Shown: piece by piece, positions 55,701-64,000 of the stretch | How positions within the stretch are numbered: position 1 is the stretch's first letter | How the letters are laid out: the number at the start of each line of letters is the position of its first letter | Notes under the pieces: generated by a model | What the model was told of the DNA's origin: nothing | Databases searched by the model: none | What the model saw: the letters and a program-made list of their open reading frames with translations, nothing else | Assembly (NCBI RefSeq): GCF_009914755.1 | Contig: NC_060929.1 | DNA: 64,000 bases | Source of the DNA: the human T2T-CHM13v2.0 reference genome, Homo sapiens | Direction: 5' to 3' (one strand) | Position numbers and translations under genes: made by a program

Positions 55701-57497
55701 CTACATTCGCTAATCTTAATAGATAGTATTTTTATTCTTTTCCAGGGAAAGAGTATATTCCAATTTAACTTTTGATTTATTCCTTGCTATTTAAAAATAT
55801 ATATACTTTTTAATTTCCCTTCATGTTTCTTTTTTAAATGTATCATTAATTCCTGCATATTCAGGGATTCTCCTGTATTCTGTTGTTGTTGTTTCTATTC
55901 TATATGCAAATGTAATTGTGGAGACATGACACTATGCAAGCCAAAATCAATTGCACTCTACAACAAAAAAAGTGGACGCTTATGTATGCAAATTTAAAAA
56001 ACATTGATGATGGGGATTGCAGAATGAAATGCAGAATGTGACAAAATGATTTAACTCTATGTCAAATGTATAAAACAACTTTATTGAAGGACATTGGGGG
56101 AGAAAGCTGTTGATCTAGTAACTTTGAAAATGGTTGAAATTTGTAAGACTAAATGTAAAAGAAAAGGCCCATAAGCACCGTAATCTAATTATAAAGTTGT
56201 GTCCTGCAAGGTTATTGATTAACATTTTTGACACTGCTGTATATGTGTACTGGAAATGAGCAATAAAGCAAATATATGGTGAATGGTGGGAGTCAGATTT
56301 CTCACTGATGGAGTGAGACTCTAGAAAAGTAACGGGGGTGTTGAGGCAAATCCATGTGCTACAGGCTTAGAGTGGGAGATATTCATGTAAGTTCATGTAT
56401 AGTTAACTATAGGTACAGATGGATACATATTTATGTACATATTTATATTTATACATTTGATAGTATATTTAATTGCTATCAAATTTATACATTTGATAGT
56501 ATATTTAATTGCAATTAAGTAATTATTTAATTGCATATATTTAATTGCTTTTTCAGCAGAGAGGACCTGGAAGCAAGGGCCCTCCAGTTATCATACATAG
56601 ATCTAGCACCCAGATCTTGGTTTGTAATACAATTCTACAATAAAAGGATCAAGGACTCCTTGAAGAAATGGCTGTTTGTAAGGCTGGGGTAGGAAATACA
56701 CAAGATTATTTTGGAGTATCTTAAAGTTCCAGAGAGTGAGGACTTGTTAAAAAAATACTGCAAGATAATATGCCAAAACCTAGCCATAACCAGGGAAACA
56801 GTAACCAATAGAAATAGCTTTTAATAGCCACAGTCAGAACAATTTGAACAAAAAAACCACAAATGTGTTATTGAATGTAACCAGAGTATAACATACATAT
56901 TTATGAATCTGTAATGATATAAATGTTTGAAAACATAAATAAATAAGAGACAAATACTGCATATAGAAGAAGTCCAAATAATTTATATATATACTCCATC
57001 CTCAAAAAAGTGAAAATTAACTGCACTCATGATGTGTTAGCTGGGCATAATAAATTTCTCCAAAGAGTACAGTATGTAAAAGGAGAATATTACCTTTGGA
57101 GTAGAGAAACTTGACAAATACTACCATATCCAGGCGATCAAGGTCAACGTGTCAACATCAACAGTGATGTGACATGAATAGCATGTATCTTTGATATATT
57201 TTGATAAAAATTCACATACTCTCTGTGGTCTTCCTCCCCCAAACCAATAACCTTAGTCTAATAAGAAAAACATCTTAGATGAGATCTTGGAATTAAAAAA
57301 AAAAAGGAAACTAAATAACTAGGGCAATCTAAATAGAGTACAGATTTTAGTTAGTTATAATGTATAAATATTGGTTTATTCATAAACCAATAAATAAAAG
57401 AACAAGTCTAATGGAAGATATTAATAATAGAAGAACCTGGGTGTGATCTACAAAGGAAGTCAGAACAATTTTCACAGTTTCTCTGTAAATCTAAAAC
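52745..57497 (+). mobile_element. Fragmented L1MC/MD element (ORF2 pieces and long 3'UTR)
   Basis: Endonuclease motifs (aatttcagacaaagcaga, gaacattcaccaagata), WIGRL-like ttggaagactca, and 3'UTR ending ctctgtaaatctaaaac. Confidence 0.8.
53879..54856 (+). mobile_element. L1PA15/16-L1PB-like insertion with 5' inversion (53879-54260 antisense, 54261-54856 sense)
   Basis: Orientation flips at ctgtaggttt|tatggagatttctc. 3' end aacctgcacatgtacc...ataaaagctgaaaaaa. Confidence 0.88.
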
Positions 57498-57498
57498 G

Positions 57499-57887
57499 TA
57501 GTCATGCATTGCTTAATAAAGGGAATATGTTCTCAGATATGTCATTAAGCAATTTTGTCATGAGAACATCATAGAATGTACTTACACAAACCTAGATGTC
57601 ATAGTCCACTATATACCTAGGCTATACAGGCATAGCCTATTGCACCTGTGCTACAAACCTGTATAGCGTGTTCTTGTAGTGAATACTGTTAGCAATTGTA
57701 ACACAATAGTAAGTATTTGTGTATCTAATCTTATTTAAGCATAGAAAAGGTAATGTGTTGCATTACAACATTGCAACAGCTATGTCAGTGTGTGATATGA
57801 ATATTTCAGTTCAATTATAATCTGATGGGACCACTGTCATATATGCAGACTGCCATTGACCAAAACATCATTATGCAGCACATGACG
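57499..57887. mobile_element. Tigger3/MER7-type MITE
   Basis: TIRs (c/t)agtcatgc...gcacatgac. Internal tgtacttacacaaacctagatg and ataatctgatgggaccac. Confidence 0.85.
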
Positions 57888-58411
57888 AAAAAATGTAGTC
57901 AAACTTTATTTTGCAAAAATACAAGATATTGTAAAAAATAAAGTTTATTTTTTAAAGAACCAGTTTATTAATGTGCTGTGAGTGAAATGATATCTCACTG
58001 TTGTTTCATTACGTATTGTCAGGATTGTGTGTAAAATTCAACCTCTTTTCACATAATTATTTTGAGAGCATTTTGAATTCTTTAATTTTGTGTTTGATTA
58101 TATTCTCTCCATATTTTTGTGTGTTTTTTTTTAAGCTTGTTGCTTTGATGAAATTCTGCAATATATTTTGGTTAAAAAGTCTTGGTTAATTACATGCTTT
58201 GAAACATCTTTCCTTAATTGTTTGCTTATATTTTAATATTATTTATTTCATTTTCCTTGTTCAGAAAAAACTAAAGTATATATAACATTTTAATCTTCAT
58301 TTTAATCCTTGTATTTTCATTTTATTTCTAGTCTATGCAATATCACAATAATAGTATCTTATTTGCTAGATGTTATTTGAGAGTTTTTCTTTAAATATTT
58401 ATGTCCTAAAT

Positions 58412-60741
58412 TGATATGGTTTTGCTGTATCCCCACCCACGATATGGTTTTGCTGTATCCCCACCCAAATCTCATCTTGATCTGTAGTTCCCATAGTCGC
58501 TACAAGTCGTAGGAGGAACCTGGTGGGAGGTAATTGAAACTAGGGGGTGGTTACCTCCATGCTGTCCTCATCATAGTGAGTGACTTCTCATGAGGTCTGA
58601 TGGTTTTATAACGGGCTTTTCCCCCTTCTGCTTGGTGCTTCTCCTTCTTGCTGCCATGTGAAGAAGGACGTGTTTGCTTCCCCTTCTGCCATGATTGTAA
58701 GTTTATTGAGGCCTCCCAGTCATGCTTAACAGTGAGTCCATTAAACCTCTTTCCTTTGTAAATTACCCAGTCTCAGGTATGTCTTTATTAGCAGCATAAG
58801 AATGAACTAATACAGTAAATTGGTACTGGGTAGTGGGACACTGTTGTAGAGATACCTGAAAATGCCGAAGCAACTTTGGAACTGGGTAACAGGCAAAGGT
58901 TTCAATGGTTTGGAAGGCTCAGAAGAAGACAGAAAGATATGGAAAAGTTTGAAATTTATGAGAGACTTTTTGAGTGGCTTTGACCAAAATGCTGATAGTG
59001 ACATGGACAATGAAGTCCAGGCTGAGATAGTCTCAGATGGAGATGAGGAACTTGTTGGAAACTGGAATAAAGGTGACTGTTGTTATGTTTTAGGGAAGAG
59101 ACTAGTGGCATTTTGCCACTGCCCTAGAGATCTGTGGAACTTTGAACTTGAGAAAGATGATTTACGATATCTAGTGGAAGAAATTTCTAAGTGGCAAGGC
59201 ATTCAAGAGGAAGCATTTCATGAAAGTTTGGAAAATTTGCAGCCTGATAATGCAATAGAAAAGGGCAACCAATTTTCTGGGGAGTAAATCAAACTGGCTG
59301 CACAAATTTGCATAAGTAACGAGGAGTCAAATGATAGTCACCAAGACAATTAGGAAAAATGTCTCCAGGGCATGCCAGAGGTCTTAATGGCAGCCCCTTC
59401 CATCACAGGCCTAGAGTCATAGAAGGAAAAAATGGTTTCGTGAGCCAGATCCAGGGCATCCTGGCTGTGTGCAGCCTAGGGACTTGGTGCCCTGAATCCC
59501 ACCAGATCCAGCTGTGGCTAAAAGGAGCCAAGGTACAGCTCAGTCTATGGCTTCAGAGGTTACAAACCCCAAGCCTTGGCAGCTTCCATGTGTTATTGAG
59601 CCTGGTAGTGCACAAAAGTCAATAATTGAGGTTTGGGAACCTCCACCTATGTTTCAGAGAATGTATGGAAACACCTGATTGTCCAAGCAGAAGTTTACTG
59701 CAGGGGTGGAGCCATCATAGAGAACTTCTACTAGGGCAGTGTGGAAAGGAAATGTGGGGTGGGCATCCCAACACAGAGTCCCCACTGGGGTGCTGTTTAG
59801 TGGAGCTATGAGAAGAGGGACACTGGTCTCCAGACCCCAGAATGGTATATTCACCAACAGCTTGCACTGTGCACCTGGAAAACCCACAGGCACTCAACAC
59901 CAGCCCATGAAGGCAGCCAGGAGGGAAGCTGTATCCTGCAAAACCACAGGGGTGGAGCTACCCAAGGCCGTGCAAGCCCACCTTTGGGTCAGTGTGACCT
60001 GGATGTGATACATGGAGACAAAGGAGATTATTTCAGAGTTTTAAGATTTGACTGCCCTGCTGGATGTTGGACTTGTATGTGACTTGTAGCCCCTTGGTTT
60101 TGGTCAACTTCCCCCAATTGGAATGGGTGTATTTACCCAATGCCTGTACCCCCATTGTATCTAGGAAGTAACAACTTGCTATTGACTTTACAGTCAAGAC
60201 TCATAGACAGAAGGGACTTGTCTGGTCTCAAATTGGACTTTGGAGTTGGACTTTTGGGTTAATGATGGAGTGAACTGAGACTTTTGGGGACTGCTTGAAA
60301 GACATGATTGTGTTTCGAAATGTAAGAACTTGAGATTTGGGAGGAGTCAGGGGTGGAATGATATGGTTTGGTTCTGTGTCCCCACCCAAATCTCATCTTG
60401 TAGTTCCCATAATTAATCCCCACGTGTTGTGGGAGGGGCCTGGTGGGAGATAAATTAATCATGAGTGCTGTTACCTCTATGCTGTTCTTGTGATAGTGAG
60501 TGAATTCTCATGAGATCTGATGGTTTCATAAGGGACTTTACCCCTTTGCTCAGCATTTCTCCTTCATGTCTCCATGTGAAAAAGGATGTGTTTGTTTCCT
60601 CTTCAGCCATGATTGTAAGTTTCCTGAGTCCTCCTCAACCATGCTGAGCTGTGAGTCAATTAAACATCTTTCCTTTATAAATTACCCAGCCTTGGGTATG
60701 TCTTTATTGATAGCCTAACAGCGTGAGAGTGGACTAATACG
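58412..60741 (+). mobile_element. Full-length MaLR element, THE1C-like (5' LTR 58412-58814, internal 58815-60358, 3' LTR 60359-60741)
   Basis: Two LTRs tgatatggttt...ctaatac(a/g) flanking THE1-int. ORF 58862-59287 (LEGSEEDRK..NWNKGDCCY..PRDLWNFELE) is the MaLR internal ORF. Confidence 0.93.
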
Positions 60742-62654
60742 GTAAACTTATTTGGGAATTTTCTCTCATGTGGTGTGATGGAATCATACCTTACTTTTTT
60801 CTTATGAATAGCTACATTTTTAATAAGGTTTATTGAATTGATATACCCATGGATTTGTAATGTTTTTCTAACAAATAGGAGTTTCACAGTTTAAAATGAC
60901 TTAGTTTCATACTTTTTATGCTCTCTGTTTTGTTGTCCACTATTTTACCAATGTTATAGCATAATCATAGCTCTATCTTATAGAAAAAATTTCTTGCCTT
61001 ATCTTAAAAAGTATGATTATATTCCCTTTCCTTAATTTATCACTTAACTTTACAAAAGTTTAGGTATTTATAGGCTCACCTGCTTGCTATTCTGTTTGAA
61101 CCACTGGAATGAACAAGAATATTTACCCTTAAATCTCATTTCCATTTTCAGACTGACCACCTTTAATGACTGTGGATGACTATGCTTGGTTTAAGATAAA
61201 TATGGCTATGTCATTTTTTTGACACGTATTTCATCATGATATGATTTTGTGATTAGTTCATTTTAAATGAATTCAGTGCTGCACCATACTATTTATGTAT
61301 CTTTGGGAAAATGCTAGTGATGAATTTCAAATAACTAAAGTTTGTCCTTGTGAAATCATCAAAAATCAGCTGCATGAAGGAATTCATCCTGTAACTTTTA
61401 AAAGTCATGATGCAGACTTTAAGAATCTTGTCTATAAAGCCAACAAGATTCACAGAAATCAGAGATATACTCTGATTAGACTCTGATATATATATATATA
61501 TGTTATACTCTGATATACATATATCAAAAACCTGAGTGTGTGTGTATATATTTATATGCACACACTTGGGTTTTTTAGTAGTTTTGTTCTTTCAGAAAAG
61601 TTTCAAATGTTATCAGCCCAAAATTACATATATAAACATTTTTGTGTGCATATATGTATGTATGTGTTTGTGTATATGTGCATATACACGCACATACTTT
61701 GGGAGACATATGATGACAATAAGCTTTTAAATTATAAAATGAATAATTTGTAAAATCATATCACATTCTCTTGGGGGCAGAAATTTTTTCAGCATTGTAA
61801 AATATTAATGTTTGAGTGTTCTTGATTTTAAAGATGGAAATATAATGTGAATATTCATATTTAAAAATGTTTTAAATATATTATTTTCTTAAAATTCTCA
61901 GTGAAAGAAAATGTAATGAGCAAGGGTGACTGAGTGCCTCATGTATATATAACTCTGTCATTTCTGTGCAGACATTTTCTCTGTTTTACGAATTATGTTG
62001 CAAGCTCTTCCATTGTAAAATGAATATAATAATATCCAAATTTAGTAAAACGAAATTCTGTTATATTTTAATGCATCAATATTTTATTTTTGTTTCTCAC
62101 AATTTCTTAAGGCTTTTTGATAAACCTAAATTTTTTAAAAAGATTAATATTTTATCTACATTGATGCATTACTTGTTTCTTAAGCATATTCATAGTATTC
62201 TAATATTTCAAAATAGGCAGATGAGTTGAGAATATGATATCAGCATTTAAACAGCATGTATTTGTTTGTTGTATTGATTTACAAAAGGAAGCAGATACAT
62301 TTTCTGGTACACATATTTCATTCACAAAACAGTTTCTAAAGAAGATGTGATTAATAACAATAAGTAAAACAATGCTTTCCAGTGTCTTTTATATCTTGAA
62401 ATATTCTTCACTTACCAGGAATAAACAAAAGATATGCTGTTGGCAAGGCACATATAATCACGTAGGGTAGACATCCAAGTTTTTCTCTAAAGAAAACCAT
62501 TTACATTAAGAAAGGACAGTAAAATTAAGTCAAGGGGTTCTAACTGGGACCCATAAAGGTGCACCAAGCTTTTGGAGGGAACCTAGTGTTGAACTTTAGG
62601 AAAATGTGTTAATATTGTGAAATTGCACACAAAATCTTGTGTGACTGTTCCATT

Positions 62655-64000
62655 TTTTAAAAAATCTTTATTTTAAGTTTAGTGATACGTGTGCATGTTT
62701 GTTATACAGATAAACTCATGTCACAGGACTTTGTTGTACAGATTATTTTACCACCCAGGTATTCAACCTAGTATCAATTAGTTATTTCCGATAATCCTCT
62801 CCTTCCTCCCACCCTCTACCCTCCGGTAGGCCCCAGTGTTTGTTGTCCCCCTCTATGTTTCCATGTGTTCTCATCATTTCATTCCCATTTATAAGTGAGA
62901 ACATGCAGTATTTTGTTTTCTGTTCCTGCCTCAGTTCACTAAGAATGATGACCTTCATCTTCATTCATGTTCCTGCAAAGAGCATGATCACCTTTTTTTT
63001 TATTGCTACAAAGTGTTCCATGGTATATATGTATCACGTTTTATTTATTCCAGTCTACCATTGACGGGTATTTAGGTTGATTCCATGTCTTTGCTATTGT
63101 GAATAGTGCTGCAGTGAACATATTTGTGCATGTGTCTTTATGATAGAATGATTTATATTTCTTTGAGTATATACACAGTAATGTGGTTCCTGGGTCAAAT
63201 GGTGGGTATGGTTTTAGGTCTTTGAGGAATCACCACACTGCTTTCCACAGCATACATCACAGAACTAGAAAAATCTATTTTTAAATTCATATGTAACCAA
63301 AAAAAAAAAAAAAAAACAGAATAGCCAAGACAATCCTAAGCAAAAAGAACAATGCTATAGGCATCATGCTACCTGACTTTATACTACAGGGCTGTAGTAA
63401 TCAAAACAGCATGGTACCGGTACAAAACCAGATGCATAGACCAATGGAACAAATTAAAGAACCCAGAAATAAGGCTGCACAACTACAACCATCTGATCTC
63501 TGACAAAGCTGACAAAAAGAAACAATAGAGCAAGGACACCTTATTCAATAAATGGTGCTAGGTTAACTGGCTAGCCATATGCGCAAGACTGAAGCTGGGC
63601 CCCTTTCTTACACCATATAAAAAATCAACTCAAGATGGATTAAAGACTTTAATGTAAAATGCCAAACAATAAAAACCCTGGAAGACAACCTAGGCAACAC
63701 CATTCTGGACATAGCAATGGGCAAAGATTTCATGACGAAGATGCCAAAAGCAATTACAACAAAAGCAAAAATAGACAAACGGTATCTCATCAAACTAAAG
63801 AGCTTCTATACAGCAAAAGAAATTGTCAACAGAGTAAACAGACAACCTACAGAATGGGAGAACATTTTTCCACACAATGCATCTGACAAAGGGCTAATAT
63901 CCAGCATCTATAAGAAATTTAACAAATCAATAAGCAAAGAACAAATAACCTCATTAAAAAGTGGGCAAAGGATGTGAACAGACACTTTTCAAAAGAAGAC
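62655..64000 (-). mobile_element. L1PA (PA11-13-like) with 5' inversion; 3' end antisense 62655-63249, ORF2 sense 63250-window end
   Basis: Antisense L1PA 3'UTR, then a flip at gctttccaca|gcatacatcacagaacta. ORF2 peptide [21 protein letters not shown]. Confidence 0.92.

Noticed and set aside
58407-60747. Exact TSD for the THE1C element
   Set aside because: Flanks ctaaat and gtaaac are similar but not cleanly assignable.

Overview
This is AT-rich primate genomic DNA, almost certainly human given an AluYa5. It looks like a gene desert or deep intron. I find no protein-coding exon, RNA gene, CRISPR array or prokaryotic system that I can support. Nearly all ORFs in the track are translations of Alu, L1, MaLR or HERV-L sequence, or are chance ORFs. 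The main elements are: (1) a near full-length, inactivated HERV-L provirus on the minus strand (~29790-36340) with MLT2A1-type LTRs, a tRNA-Leu PBS and gag-pro-RT-RNaseH-IN-dUTPase remnants; (2) two complete two-LTR MaLR elements (THE1D-like 17618-19953 minus; THE1C-like 58412-60741 plus); (3) a 5' stub of an HML-2 LTR5, a MER52-like fragment and other solo LTRs; (4) several L1s, at least two with twin-priming 5' inversions; (5) DNA transposons Tigger1, Tigger3 and MER20; (6) about 14 Alu-family copies. The most notable observations are repeated one-sided truncations of nested elements (old deletions), several patches of templated or fold-back micro-duplication, and a HERV-L whose 5' LTR promoter is retained while its 3' LTR poly(A) signal and terminus are damaged. 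Subfamily names come from recalled consensus sequences, not from a RepeatMasker run.
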